In this document: piece by piece, positions 49,607 to 60,261 of the stretch | Position numbering within the stretch: position 1 is the stretch's first letter | How the letters are laid out: each line of letters begins with the position of its first letter | DNA from: a virus | Strand: one strand, 5' to 3' | Length of the DNA stretch: 64,000 nucleotides | IMG/VR virus record: IMGVR_UViG_3300045051_001056 | Coordinates: 1 to 64,000 of that record | The notes under the pieces: generated by a model | The model's database searches: none | What the model was told of the DNA's origin: nothing | The model's input: the letters and a program-made list of their open reading frames with translations, nothing else | Program-made: the position numbers and the translations under genes

Positions 49607-50361
49607 TGGAATTACCACAAGAAAAAATTAGTCCATTAGCCATAGATCCGGGTCTATTGATTATAGCTGGATTTCAAAAATCTGGCAAAACCACTGCAGT
49701 AGCTGCACTAGATGATAATCTTATTATTGATTTGGAAGGTGGGGCAAAGTATTTTAACGCAATGAGAGTTGATGTTAATAATTTAAAAAGCTTTTCCGAA
49801 TTGATTAGGGCGCTACAGGCTAGCACAAAGAGAATTGGTAACAGTGAATATCGATATAAATATGGGACAATAGATACTGGTTCTAAACTGGAAGATATTG
49901 CACTTGAATTAGCTGTTATTAATTATAGAAAAACCCCTATGGGCAAGCGATGGGATGGAGGGGTCAAAGATATCCTCTCTCTTCCCAATGGCGCTGGATA
50001 TGGATTTTTAAGAACCGCATATTTAGAGTTAATCGAATGGTTAAGGCCCTATTTTAAAACGCTAATATTGGTATGTCATATAAAAAATAGTTCTATCCAA
50101 AAAGATGGAGAAGAACTTGCAATTGTTGATATATCTTTAACTGGTCAATTAAAAACAATTATAGCTGCGCAGGCTGATGCCATTGGAATATTGTGGAGAA
50201 AGAAAAACCAATCCATTTTAACTTTCCGTGGAGGTGAATCTTTCATGGTTGAGGCTAGGCCAAAACATCTAGCTGGAAAAGAATTCGTTTTAATTGAATC
50301 AGATAAGGACAATAATCTGACAATTAATTGGAATAATATTTTTATTGAAGAAGGAATTTAA
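49606..50361 (+). CDS. AAA-family ATPase (Sak4/AAA_24-like)
   Basis: GFQKSGKTT, IIDLEGG, TIDT, LPNGAGY, ILVCH. Confidence 0.8.
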   Translation: MELPQEKISPLAIDPGLLIIAGFQKSGKTTAVAALDDNLIIDLEGGAKYFNAMRVDVNNLKSFSELIRALQASTKRIGNSEYRYKYGTIDTGSKLEDIALELAVINYRKTPMGKRWDGGVKDILSLPNGAGYGFLRTAYLELIEWLRPYFKTLILVCHIKNSSIQKDGEELAIVDISLTGQLKTIIAAQADAIGILWRKKNQSILTFRGGESFMVEARPKHLAGKEFVLIESDKDNNLTINWNNIFIEEGI

Positions 50362-50386
50362 TTGTAAACAAATAAAATAAATAAAT

Positions 50387-51103
50387 ATGTTTGGTACAAA
50401 AGGTGTTGAAACTGTCGAAGGCAGCAGTACGAGTAAGTATTTCTCTTATGGCGTGAATAAGGCAAAAATTGTTGATCTAAAATTGGTCAAATCTCCCAGT
50501 TCTCCTAATCAAAAGTTGGAAGTATGGTTGGAGGGCGAGCCAGTTACTGAAAAAGGTTTTGTAGGTGTCGATGGGGCTAGGGGAAAAGTCGGCAAACTCG
50601 TAACATATTGGTTACGCGAGGACAAACATTACCAGGATTTATTAAGACAAATCGGTATTATAGCTGATAAGCTTGGTGTACGTAAAGAAATTGATGAAAT
50701 CAGCGTTAATAGCGTTTCAGAATTTGGTCAATATCTTCAGAATATTAAGCCATATTTGTGTGGAAAATATCTTTGGTGGGTGATTGGTGCTGATTATTAC
50801 AGCGAAACTCGTTACAAACTTTTGTTAGTAAAATTCAATTTTGTTAAATCCCCTTCAGAAGTTGACGAAAGTTCTCTTGTTGTGGAGCGCGGTATTCCAG
50901 TTCAAATTAATTTGACAAGTGGAGGCCCTGCGCTATTCTTCAATAAGGATAATAGATATCACTTTCGCCCATTCGAAAAGGCTGATGCAGAAGAATCTGC
51001 GCCCTCAGCCAGTTCTTTCAAGGCATCCGGGCCAACCGAGAATCTTTTCAAAGAAATTGCTGATAGCAATATCGAAAAGAAGGAGGACAATCTACCATTT
51101 TAA
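50387..51103 (+). CDS. single-stranded DNA-binding protein (putative)
   Basis: Between ATPase and primase; acidic tail ending EDNLPF. Confidence 0.65.
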   Translation: MFGTKGVETVEGSSTSKYFSYGVNKAKIVDLKLVKSPSSPNQKLEVWLEGEPVTEKGFVGVDGARGKVGKLVTYWLREDKHYQDLLRQIGIIADKLGVRKEIDEISVNSVSEFGQYLQNIKPYLCGKYLWWVIGADYYSETRYKLLLVKFNFVKSPSEVDESSLVVERGIPVQINLTSGGPALFFNKDNRYHFRPFEKADAEESAPSASSFKASGPTENLFKEIADSNIEKKEDNLPF

Positions 51104-51106
51104 ATT

Positions 51107-52129
51107 ATGAAAATAACGACACGAAGTCCAGCGAGCAAGGAATTGCTCCTGGGCAAAGTGCCGGAATTAGCCATATTTAAATTATTTTGTTCAAATTTTA
51201 AATCAGTAGGTAAAAGATTTAAGTCTCCCATATCATTAAATGGGAAAATGAATACTGGCCAAGACGCAGCAATTGTCTTGCCAAACAAAAGAAAGGGTTT
51301 CGTATTATATGATTTTCGGATTGGCAGAGCTTTCTCTGCCATTAATTTTGCTATGTTGATGACTGGCTTAAATTTTCATGATACCATAAAATATCTTTGT
51401 GGAAAATTCAATGTATCAGAGATAGACCCAGAAATTACCATAAGGCAAATGGATGTAGAATTTAACGAAAATATTATTAGAGATCTTGCCTATCCGTGTA
51501 TCATAACAGTTAAATATGATGAATGGAGCCAAAAATCCATAGACTATTGGAAGCAATATGGCTGGGAACCTTTCATGCTTGATAAGGCTAAAATTCGTCC
51601 AATCCAAAAATTTTGGGTGGCATATGAAGAGGATAAAAGAATTGAATATAATAAACCGTTAATAGGAGACCTGTCTTTTACTTATGATTTTTTTAAGGTT
51701 GATGAGGTTTTTAGAAGAAAAATATATAACCCATTAGCTGAAAATAAAGCATTGAAATGGAAAACAAATACCAATAAGGGCATAATTCAGGCATTAAACA
51801 CTATTGAGGGCAAAGTTAAAACATTATACCTGGTATCCTCAATGAAAGACTGTGGACCATTTTGGAACGTATTAGGGCATCCATGCGCAATTGCGCCAAA
51901 TTCAGAAAGTACCATGTTATTCCCAGATCAAGTAAGATATTTAAAACAAATATCTGAACGTCAAGTTGTGTGGTATGATAATGATGAAACCGGTACTCAG
52001 AATGCATTAAAACACTCTAAAGCGTATGGTTTTGATGTCATGTGGAATCCAATTGGAACACCAAAAGATCAGAGTGATTATGTAAAAGAAAGAGGATTAA
52101 AAGAATTTAAAAAATTAATGATTCAATAA
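51107..52129 (+). CDS. DNA primase (TOPRIM)
   Basis: FKSP...YDF N-terminal domain; SSMKDC, APNSE, WYDNDETG, KDQSD. Confidence 0.8.
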   Translation: MKITTRSPASKELLLGKVPELAIFKLFCSNFKSVGKRFKSPISLNGKMNTGQDAAIVLPNKRKGFVLYDFRIGRAFSAINFAMLMTGLNFHDTIKYLCGKFNVSEIDPEITIRQMDVEFNENIIRDLAYPCIITVKYDEWSQKSIDYWKQYGWEPFMLDKAKIRPIQKFWVAYEEDKRIEYNKPLIGDLSFTYDFFKVDEVFRRKIYNPLAENKALKWKTNTNKGIIQALNTIEGKVKTLYLVSSMKDCGPFWNVLGHPCAIAPNSESTMLFPDQVRYLKQISERQVVWYDNDETGTQNALKHSKAYGFDVMWNPIGTPKDQSDYVKERGLKEFKKLMIQ

Positions 52130-52133
52130 AAAT

Positions 52134-52700
52134 ATGTCAGTTAAAAAATATTTCACAAGAGAGGAAAAAAGAATTGCGAATAATAATAGGGCAAGACAAA
52201 AGTATGCAAAAATGAAAGATGATCCCAATTTTCTAAAGCATGAAAGAGAGAAGGCAAAGAAATTAAGATTAGAGAAAAAAAATGGTGATCCTTTGATATG
52301 GAAGAAAATATTAGAAAGGGATAGATTGTATGCAGCAAAAAAAAGAATCTCGCAGGGGAAAATTTATATAAGTATTGAAGAAAGGCTCCTCATGAGAGCG
52401 GAAAGGGAATCATTAATTACATATTGGGTAAAGAAGTATCCCCTTAATATCAAATATGCATTTATGAAATGTGCAGAAGAACTTTCGACAACTAAAAATC
52501 CTATCTCGTGGAGGACAATACAGGGGGAATGGTATTCGAGAGTTAAGAATAAAACCATTATATTAACATGTGGATCACAGGTTGGATTTAGTAAAAATGT
52601 AAAAAATTTACTTGTAGATGAAAATGGTAATCTTCCCTCCTATAATTTTGTTGAATTCAACAATATAATTCAAGAATTAAATAGATTAATAATATTTTAA
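52134..52700 (+). CDS. basic hypothetical protein
   Basis: 188 aa, K/R-rich. Confidence 0.5.
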   Translation: MSVKKYFTREEKRIANNNRARQKYAKMKDDPNFLKHEREKAKKLRLEKKNGDPLIWKKILERDRLYAAKKRISQGKIYISIEERLLMRAERESLITYWVKKYPLNIKYAFMKCAEELSTTKNPISWRTIQGEWYSRVKNKTIILTCGSQVGFSKNVKNLLVDENGNLPSYNFVEFNNIIQELNRLIIF

Positions 52701-52703
52701 AAA

Positions 52704-52931
52704 ATGAGTAATATAAAAAAATTCTTAGAAGCGGTTGAAAACGCACAAAAACCAGGACGGACTACAACATTTACCATAATTGCTAGAAATAGCGATGTTG
52801 GCAACGGTTCTCACACAATAAATCTCGATGATGAAGACGTTAAACATCTTGAAAAAAAGTATAGATTATTATATAAAAAAGAAATCCAACAGGAAATCGA
52901 TCATTTACAAAAACAATTAAAGTCGTTATGA
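52704..52931 (+). CDS. hypothetical protein
   Basis: 75 aa ORF. Confidence 0.5.
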   Translation: MSNIKKFLEAVENAQKPGRTTTFTIIARNSDVGNGSHTINLDDEDVKHLEKKYRLLYKKEIQQEIDHLQKQLKSL

Positions 52932-53281
52932 GTGAATTAATTCTCTTATTGGTCCTCATCTTTCATTGGTTAGCAGATTTTGTATTCCAAAAAGAAGAAG
53001 ATCAAATTAATAAATCCCATAGTTTCCACCATTTGCTCAATCATGCCATATGGTATTCCCTGATAATGTGGACCCTATTCCTTATCATTCTTCCAGCAAA
53101 GACTCATGTTTACGCATGGGCAATAACCCTATTGTCTCATACTAGTATTGATTTCTTTTCGAGTAAATTAAATAAAAAATTATGGGACGCTGGTAGAATC
53201 CATTACTTTTTTGTCAATATGGGATTTGATCAGGTCTTACATTATATACAATTATATCTTACAGTTAAATATCTTTTATAA
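52928..53281 (+). CDS. DUF3307-like membrane protein
   Basis: HWLADFVFQ...HTSIDF...GFDQVLH. Confidence 0.75.
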   Translation: MSELILLLVLIFHWLADFVFQKEEDQINKSHSFHHLLNHAIWYSLIMWTLFLIILPAKTHVYAWAITLLSHTSIDFFSSKLNKKLWDAGRIHYFFVNMGFDQVLHYIQLYLTVKYLL

Positions 53282-53284
53282 AAA

Positions 53285-53692
53285 ATGAACAAGAAAATCG
53301 CAGTTTACGGAAGTTTGAGAGAGGGAATGGGAAATTATGGACTAATCGCCCATGCTATAAAATTATCAACAGAAGATGTTGAATTGCCATTTGCTATGGC
53401 TGATTTGGGGGGATTTCCGGGATTATACCCATCAGAAGAGAAACATAAAATTAAAATTGAAGTTTTTGAAGTTGATGAAAATACTTTTAAAAATGTTGAA
53501 CGCCTTGAAGGTTATCCTAATTTTTATGATAGGGCTAATATCGATACCAGTGTTGGTACCGCTGGTATATATTTTCTTCATAATACGCGGTATAGCAATG
53601 GCAGAATGGTTGAAAAATTTGATGGTGTATTTGACTGGACCAGGCACTATAATAAAAAAGTTGAAAATACGAGAAAAGAATATTATAGATAA
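53285..53692 (+). CDS. gamma-glutamylcyclotransferase (AIG2-like)
   Basis: IAVYGSLREG, GGFPG, ERLEGYP. Confidence 0.85.
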   Translation: MNKKIAVYGSLREGMGNYGLIAHAIKLSTEDVELPFAMADLGGFPGLYPSEEKHKIKIEVFEVDENTFKNVERLEGYPNFYDRANIDTSVGTAGIYFLHNTRYSNGRMVEKFDGVFDWTRHYNKKVENTRKEYYR

Positions 53693-53705
53693 GAAAGAGA
53701 GAAAA

Positions 53706-53951
53706 ATGAGAGTATCTATTAAATTTTTCGAAAAAGACCGAGGCGATATAACCGGTGGAACATATGTGCAAAAAGCCATTAGAACGATATTTGTAAAAAA
53801 TAATTCTTCCCTAGAGGAATATATCCTAGATCTTACAGATAGAACTGGGGGAAAATATCGCAAGATGGCGGATAAGAATGAGTATCAATATGAGTCAGAA
53901 TGGGGTACATTAAAAATAGAAACATTCAAACATTCAGGTGATGAATTATAG
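53706..53951 (+). CDS. hypothetical protein
   Basis: MRVSIKFFEK... (C-terminal part of track ORF 53376..53951). Confidence 0.45.
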   Translation: MRVSIKFFEKDRGDITGGTYVQKAIRTIFVKNNSSLEEYILDLTDRTGGKYRKMADKNEYQYESEWGTLKIETFKHSGDEL

Positions 53952-54714
53952 AGTTAAACTTCGTAGTAAAAATCCTTCTGCTTCTAAGTTGAGAAGTATG
54001 TTGAGGAGTATTAGGTGTAATAATCCTTTCCTTGTGAGGTTGGGAAGCAGAACGCCTCTTGCAGAAATTTTTCCCAGAAATAACTCTAGGGTAATAGAGT
54101 TAAATACAATAGAAGCTATTGAAAATAGTAGGAATAAGTTGAGAATGAAAGCCTGCTTCAATACGGAAGGTATTTCTCATGCAAAATGGTTTCCCAGAGA
54201 GCAATTCAATAATGATCCCCAACAGGCTAAATATCCAATTGTTGTAAAACAAATATTTGGATTTAAGGGACATGGAATGAGATTGGTTGAGAAGCTGGAA
54301 GATTTTAGGCCTATACCAGACGGCAGCTATGTTGAAGAATTCAAAAATTTCTCGAGAGAATATAGGATTCACTGCACAAGAGATGAATCGTTTTTAGCAT
54401 GGAGAAAACTTCGTCGTGAAGATGCAAAAGAGAGATGGTTTTTCAATTCCACAAATTGTAATTGGGTCAGCGAGGAACACGAAATGTTTCAAAAACCTAA
54501 AATCTGGAATCTCATGTGCGAACATGCCCAAAGAGCTATATCTGCTACTGGACTAACAATAGGTGCAGTTGATGTAAGATGCAAATCAGATGCTAAGTCA
54601 GAAAAGGATTTCATAATATTAGAAGTAAATTCCGCTCCAGAACTTGGAGAAGTTGGAACCGAATCATATTTTAAAGTAATTAAAAAAATAGTAGAAGATA
54701 ATGATACCAAATAG
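53938..54714 (+). CDS. ATP-grasp peptide ligase (RimK/YheCD-like)
   Basis: NKLRMK, PIVVK...GHGM, EYRIH, GAVDV, ILEVNSAP. Confidence 0.85.
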   Translation: MMNYRVKLRSKNPSASKLRSMLRSIRCNNPFLVRLGSRTPLAEIFPRNNSRVIELNTIEAIENSRNKLRMKACFNTEGISHAKWFPREQFNNDPQQAKYPIVVKQIFGFKGHGMRLVEKLEDFRPIPDGSYVEEFKNFSREYRIHCTRDESFLAWRKLRREDAKERWFFNSTNCNWVSEEHEMFQKPKIWNLMCEHAQRAISATGLTIGAVDVRCKSDAKSEKDFIILEVNSAPELGEVGTESYFKVIKKIVEDNDTK

Positions 54715-55843
54715 CGCAACTATTTCTATTTTCCGCAATAAGAATTATCAGTTTACTCAAACTGGGTGTACAGAATTTCCTTCCGGAGATCCAAATATAC
54801 ATGAACACATAAGTCTTGGAATATATACCCTCTTAGACCCCTCTGTCAAAAGAACAATAGAACCACAAGTAGGTAAATTATTTGGGAATGAGTATTCTAT
54901 CGATAAATATCTAGAAGATTACGTAGATCTTTTAATGGAGATTTTTGGAAAGTTAAATACTGACGGAAAGACTTTTTTCTCCAAATATACCATTCAAGAT
55001 CTTTGTACAGATGCACAAAAATGTGGTAGCGGGATCAGTAGCAATGTGGACGATAAAAATATGTTTATCTATATTTCTGGTTTTAATCCACTAAAAATTT
55101 CCAAAGATAGTGAACAAGTCATTGGCATAAGAATTAATTGTCATGAAATTCGAGCAAAAGTTTGGAAATCTGGGTATGCTAGATGTAGGAAGGTTCAGCT
55201 AGCACATACTGCTTTGCGATACATATATTCATCTGGGTATATGATTCCTATAATATCAGTAAAACTATGGAAAGATCATGGACTATCTGCTTGGGATGCA
55301 TTGTATTTTGGAACCCTAATCAAATACGGTCATCAGCCATATTACAATGATTTTGGAGATTTATATAATCATTCGAACATGAAATATGTTTCTGAAGAGG
55401 ATTTTCAAAAAAGATTTTTTGATGAAAAGCTCAATAATAGCGTTATGGAGCATTTCAAGCCAGAGGAAAATTATATTCGCAAACATCTTGACTTAGATGT
55501 GGAAGAAGAAAATCTTTCCTCGAAATTATTAGTTCGTAAAATGTATGAATCTATTGGCTTGACATATCGCAATTCGGACACATCGATGATATCATTATTG
55601 ACAAATAGTGCATTTGAAAAGTGTTTGTTGCAATTAATTGAGACGTCAAAGGCTAAGGAAGAAGATTTGCTTATAAAAAATAATTTTAAATTTATTAAAA
55701 AGTTATTTAAATCTGCAGTTGTTGGCGCGAAATATGAAGGATATGTCCTTAAGAAAAGTAGGCTAAAAAGAATCATCTTTAAAGACGAAAATGAAACGCC
55801 ATTATCAATTTTACCAACAAGTAAATATATTGAGATATTATGA
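54701..55843 (+). CDS. hypothetical protein within the ligase cluster
   Basis: 380 aa, overlapping the ATP-grasp gene. Confidence 0.6.
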   Translation: MIPNSATISIFRNKNYQFTQTGCTEFPSGDPNIHEHISLGIYTLLDPSVKRTIEPQVGKLFGNEYSIDKYLEDYVDLLMEIFGKLNTDGKTFFSKYTIQDLCTDAQKCGSGISSNVDDKNMFIYISGFNPLKISKDSEQVIGIRINCHEIRAKVWKSGYARCRKVQLAHTALRYIYSSGYMIPIISVKLWKDHGLSAWDALYFGTLIKYGHQPYYNDFGDLYNHSNMKYVSEEDFQKRFFDEKLNNSVMEHFKPEENYIRKHLDLDVEEENLSSKLLVRKMYESIGLTYRNSDTSMISLLTNSAFEKCLLQLIETSKAKEEDLLIKNNFKFIKKLFKSAVVGAKYEGYVLKKSRLKRIIFKDENETPLSILPTSKYIEIL

Positions 55844-55956
55844 TAATAAAAATAGATCCCAACGATAAGAGGCAGGTTCAATATGCTAATTATTGGATAG
55901 AATTTAGTAAGCGTCTTAAAAAAAATTAGTAAACAAATCCTCAAAAAACAAAAGAA

Positions 55957-56787
55957 ATGAAATTTACAATAGGTAGTGATCCAGAAGCATTCATAATTAA
56001 TGATTCATCCGGCAAGGTAGTTTCTGCAAAAAGATTTACCCTTGGCACAAAAGATGATCCAGAGGTTTTAGGTGGCGGATATGCTATTTTAAATGACAAT
56101 ATTCTAATCGAAGGGAATGTGCCTCCGGCTAATAATAAGGAAGAATTTGTGATTAACATGACAAATTTGTGGAATGTCATGAACGATAGGGCTAAAGAGA
56201 GAGAGGCCCATCTACATAATGCAGATTGCATGGAAATTACAGATGCACTTTTTAATACCCCAGAAGCCCAAGAATTTGGATGCTCATCATTTAGAGATGC
56301 ATGGAATGATATGATCGAAATATCGACTCCACAATTAGAAGGCCTTACGAGGCCAGCAGGTTGCCATATTCATATTGGATTTGAAAAAAATCTACTTGAA
56401 AAATATGGGCACCATTTTAGGCAAGCGGTAGTTAGATTATTTGACATGAATATTACCCTGCCGGCAATCAAGATTACTGGGAAAAATTATAGAACAAATA
56501 ATTTATATGGTCTTCTTGGCGCATGTAGAATAACTTCATATGGAGTTGAATGTAGGTCTCTTGGGGGAACATTTTTCGATCTAAAATATTTTGAATGGAT
56601 TTACGATAAGGTTGAAGGAGTGATTGAGACAATATATTGGGAAAATAATATTGAAAAGAATCTATCCTTCATATTAGGTCTTCCTAGTATTCATACCTAC
56701 AATCTAGATACTAGAATAAGAATGATTGAACAATCTAAATCATCTTTAATTAAAGGAATTTTTAAAAACTCTAAAATCATTGCTTAA
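55957..56787 (+). CDS. phiEco32-like COOH-NH2 ligase (type 2)
   Basis: TIGSDPE, DNILIE, FGC, RPAGCHIHIG, YGVECRSL. Confidence 0.85.
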   Translation: MKFTIGSDPEAFIINDSSGKVVSAKRFTLGTKDDPEVLGGGYAILNDNILIEGNVPPANNKEEFVINMTNLWNVMNDRAKEREAHLHNADCMEITDALFNTPEAQEFGCSSFRDAWNDMIEISTPQLEGLTRPAGCHIHIGFEKNLLEKYGHHFRQAVVRLFDMNITLPAIKITGKNYRTNNLYGLLGACRITSYGVECRSLGGTFFDLKYFEWIYDKVEGVIETIYWENNIEKNLSFILGLPSIHTYNLDTRIRMIEQSKSSLIKGIFKNSKIIA

Positions 56788-58706
56788 TGTGTAGCACTTA
56801 TATTGCGAATATAATCTTAATTTCACTTTTAATACACGGTATTCTATTTCTAATACTTAAACCAAAGCTCAACACATTAAATTGTGGCATTTGGGCGTGG
56901 TCTGCGAATACTAAAGAAGAATGGACCCCTTTGGAAAAATTTAAATTCATTATCCTCGGTATGGAAATGGATTCTAGGGGTGGTGATGGCTGTGGAATAG
57001 CCTATGATAATCTTATATGTAAAACTGAGGAAGTAAAAAAGTTTAATGACTTTTGGCGACAAGATCCAGTTCCCGACATATTAGATCAGCCTGTAATTAT
57101 GGGTCATGATAGGAGGGCTAGTGTAGGAGCAAAAACCTATAACAATACTCAGCCAATATTTTTCCCAGAAAGTGAGAGTGTTAAAATATGTTCAATTCTT
57201 TCTCATAATGGAACTTTGTATAATCATGAAGAATTGTTAAGAAAATACAAAGCACATATAGGATTCGAAAAGGAACTTGATAAAATGTCTGATAGTCAGA
57301 TGTTGGCGATATTAATAGAAAAAGTTGGCTGGAAAATTCTCGATGAATATATTGGATCTGCTTCAATTGTATATATGCATGCGTCTGAGCCGGGAGTAAT
57401 GTATGTTTATCATGGAAGATCCAAGAACACTAAATATGTTCAAACAGAATCCGAAGAAAGGCCACTATTTTATGGTGTCGACAATAATCAATTATGGTTT
57501 TGTAGCACAAAAGATGCATTGACGAAAATCATTTCCAATACTGAAGCTATTTGTGAACTTCCCTTTAACGCAGTTTTTAAAATTGTTGGAAACACAATGA
57601 CAAAAGTTTGTGATATAGATCGCAGTAATGCCTATCAACAATCCTTTGAGGTAAAAGTTTTCAACAGCAAGAGCTCATATTATTCAAATGATTCTGACGA
57701 AGAAAATTGGCACGGAAAGAAAAATGAACATTATTGGAGCAAATATGGTCATAAGGTTGAGAATAGGAAGTCTTTCACAGAAAATAAAGCTTCTAACGTT
57801 TCAAAAGCTGAAGACGAAGCCGTACAGTTATCTCTTTTGCCAACTCATTACAATAGGCTGACTGATTCCATATATTGGAAAAATGGAGTTTGGGTAGATC
57901 CCAATGACAAGCTTTTGCATGGCAGAGTTCTTATAACCACTGTGGGAAGAATATTTGAATCTGAAAATGCCAAAACATATTTAAAACTATATGCATTTTA
58001 TTTCTGGAGAGGAAATTTAATGCTGGGGAGAACTGAATATTTAGATTTATTAAGGGCCTCCATGAAGAATCCTGACATGAAGGGTTCTCATTTTTGGATT
58101 AACTATGCATGTAAGGGATTCGCTCAACCATACTATATCCCTTCTGAATATAATGGAAGTAACAACATATTATTTTGCAATAAAACTCATGAGCCTTTTA
58201 GTGGAGAATTTTGCCCAACCTTTTCCTCGAGAAAAATAACATTCAAAATGGGTAAGGTTGTTAAATCTCAAATGTCTGTATATAATCAACTTTCGGACAT
58301 CCTTGTTTATCATGATCCATTTCCATCTGATTATGATGATGAAATGAAAAAAATAATGGCAGAATTTCATGAAGACGAGAAACCCATAGAAGAAAAATTA
58401 GAATGTCCAAATTGCATGGGAATTACTTATGATGGATCATTGCCATGTTCTGTATGCGGAGGCGAAGGAATAATTAGCAAGGACGACTTGGATAAAGAAA
58501 TCGCCGATTTAGAGAATATTGGAAAAATGATTTCCTCCATGACCGACGAAGCTTTTATTGCTAGAGGAATGGTACACTTGGCAAATCGAGGAATTGAAAT
58601 ACTTGAAGAGCCAGAGGTTTCAGATTATAATAATGGAATTTGTAAACAATTAGAAAAAGTAAAAGAACTACTTGTAGATGGAAAGTACAATTGTAACGAC
58701 ATTTGA
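56787..58706 (+). CDS. class II (Ntn) glutamine amidotransferase with hydrophobic leader and C-terminal Zn finger
   Basis: CGIW at residue 33, SRGGDGCG, GHDRRAS, HNGTL, SDSQ, ERPLF; CPNC...CSVCGGEG. Confidence 0.85.
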   Translation: MCSTYIANIILISLLIHGILFLILKPKLNTLNCGIWAWSANTKEEWTPLEKFKFIILGMEMDSRGGDGCGIAYDNLICKTEEVKKFNDFWRQDPVPDILDQPVIMGHDRRASVGAKTYNNTQPIFFPESESVKICSILSHNGTLYNHEELLRKYKAHIGFEKELDKMSDSQMLAILIEKVGWKILDEYIGSASIVYMHASEPGVMYVYHGRSKNTKYVQTESEERPLFYGVDNNQLWFCSTKDALTKIISNTEAICELPFNAVFKIVGNTMTKVCDIDRSNAYQQSFEVKVFNSKSSYYSNDSDEENWHGKKNEHYWSKYGHKVENRKSFTENKASNVSKAEDEAVQLSLLPTHYNRLTDSIYWKNGVWVDPNDKLLHGRVLITTVGRIFESENAKTYLKLYAFYFWRGNLMLGRTEYLDLLRASMKNPDMKGSHFWINYACKGFAQPYYIPSEYNGSNNILFCNKTHEPFSGEFCPTFSSRKITFKMGKVVKSQMSVYNQLSDILVYHDPFPSDYDDEMKKIMAEFHEDEKPIEEKLECPNCMGITYDGSLPCSVCGGEGIISKDDLDKEIADLENIGKMISSMTDEAFIARGMVHLANRGIEILEEPEVSDYNNGICKQLEKVKELLVDGKYNCNDI

Positions 58707-60261
58707 CGGAAAGAAAGAGGATAAGAATGATTGCGTTTTTATAAGAGGAAAATATTATCACAAAAAACGAGATTGTTTTCTTCACGACGGAATATATTAT
58801 TCCCCATTTAGCAGATATCTTGTCTTTGATAATGAATCCGGCAAAAGAGTGCATAGGGCAGCAGTAAAATTAGTTTATGGGATAATTGGGTTTGACAAAT
58901 CAGGGTCTCCAGTATTGGGATATTATACTCCCAATATTTCTAAAAATGGTTTCATATATATCGCCGATAAAGAGGAGTCGGGCAGATTGAGTAAGCTTCT
59001 GAATGAAGCTTCTGATGATGGAATTGATTCTAGGACGCACGGAAGGACTACTTCTAGATACGCCGACCACAGAGATTCTTCTGAGAGAAGCACAGAAACG
59101 ACCACTACAGAGTTTAACGAATTACATGTGAATGCTCCAGGATTATTTCTGGTGCCAGTAATGAATATTCATCAAATATCTGGGAGTGGAATTATTCAGT
59201 GTAAAAATAATGATGTAGTTGCCAGAGAAGAGGAAGTTAAAATTTATGACAAACAGAGTAAAGTTTCTTTTAATAAAATTTCTGCTATTAATCCTTATAC
59301 TTTTGAGTTAAGCTATAATTGCGAAACAATGTTGAAAGAATTTTCCAATGTATTTAATCCCGAAAACTTCCAAATCGACGACAGAACAAAAGTGCTTGCC
59401 GAACATCTTCATGAATATTCTTTCGGAATAGAATATGAATCTTGGGATGGAAGAATTCCAACTTACACCGCTGCTCATAATGGGCTAATTCCGCTAAGAG
59501 ATGGCAGTTTGAGGCATGACAATGTTTGTGGATTTGAATATGCAACTGTCGTTTTAAACGGAGCGCATGGATTATCTGCAATCAAGTCTCAATGCAAAGC
59601 ACTGTCGGAATATACTGAATTCAATGAACGATGCTCTATGCATATTCATGTTGGTAATATTCCTAGGACAAAAGAAAATTTATGTAATATCTATAAGGGG
59701 ATCATAAGTATTCAAGATTCCTTATATAAATTATTCCCATCCTGCCTCTCTAGGACTTCTGCTTATAAGCAGAAAGACTATTGCTCTCCATTGCCCAAAA
59801 TTAGCTGTAATGAAAATTCTATTGTCGGATTTCTTAGTGATGGCAATGAGGCATTCGATAAATTTGGAAGACATCATCCCAAGGATAGGAATATGCAGAA
59901 TAAGTGGCATGTTAATTCTAGGTACCATATCGTAAATTTAAATAATTTTTACTATACGAATAGGGGAACTATTGAACTTAGAATATCTACGCCAACATAT
60001 AATCACAATAAAATATCTGCATTACTTCTATTATTCGCTGAGATCATTAATGAATCTATTAATGGGAGGTTCTATACTGACGTATTCAAATTAATAAAGG
60101 AGAGGTTTGCTGGAGATATTCAAGAATGGATGGAGCAATATTTCCAATTCAGAGAAAAAGAATTATCTCAATGGACCACTGATAAAAATAATGGAGCTGT
60201 AAAGTATTATGAAACAATGAAAAATGACAAAGAAATTGGATGTAAAAGAGCCCTCTATTAA
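58678..60261 (+). CDS. putative amidoligase (COOH-NH2 ligase)
   Basis: FGIEYE, RDGSL, FEYAT, CSMHIHVG, SRYHIVN, GTIELR. Confidence 0.85.
   Translation: MESTIVTTFDGKKEDKNDCVFIRGKYYHKKRDCFLHDGIYYSPFSRYLVFDNESGKRVHRAAVKLVYGIIGFDKSGSPVLGYYTPNISKNGFIYIADKEESGRLSKLLNEASDDGIDSRTHGRTTSRYADHRDSSERSTETTTTEFNELHVNAPGLFLVPVMNIHQISGSGIIQCKNNDVVAREEEVKIYDKQSKVSFNKISAINPYTFELSYNCETMLKEFSNVFNPENFQIDDRTKVLAEHLHEYSFGIEYESWDGRIPTYTAAHNGLIPLRDGSLRHDNVCGFEYATVVLNGAHGLSAIKSQCKALSEYTEFNERCSMHIHVGNIPRTKENLCNIYKGIISIQDSLYKLFPSCLSRTSAYKQKDYCSPLPKISCNENSIVGFLSDGNEAFDKFGRHHPKDRNMQNKWHVNSRYHIVNLNNFYYTNRGTIELRISTPTYNHNKISALLLLFAEIINESINGRFYTDVFKLIKERFAGDIQEWMEQYFQFREKELSQWTTDKNNGAVKYYETMKNDKEIGCKRALY

Noticed and set aside
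53376-53705. N-terminal extension of track ORF 53376..53951
   Set aside because: It is an alternative frame over the GGCT gene; the probable start is the ATG at 53706
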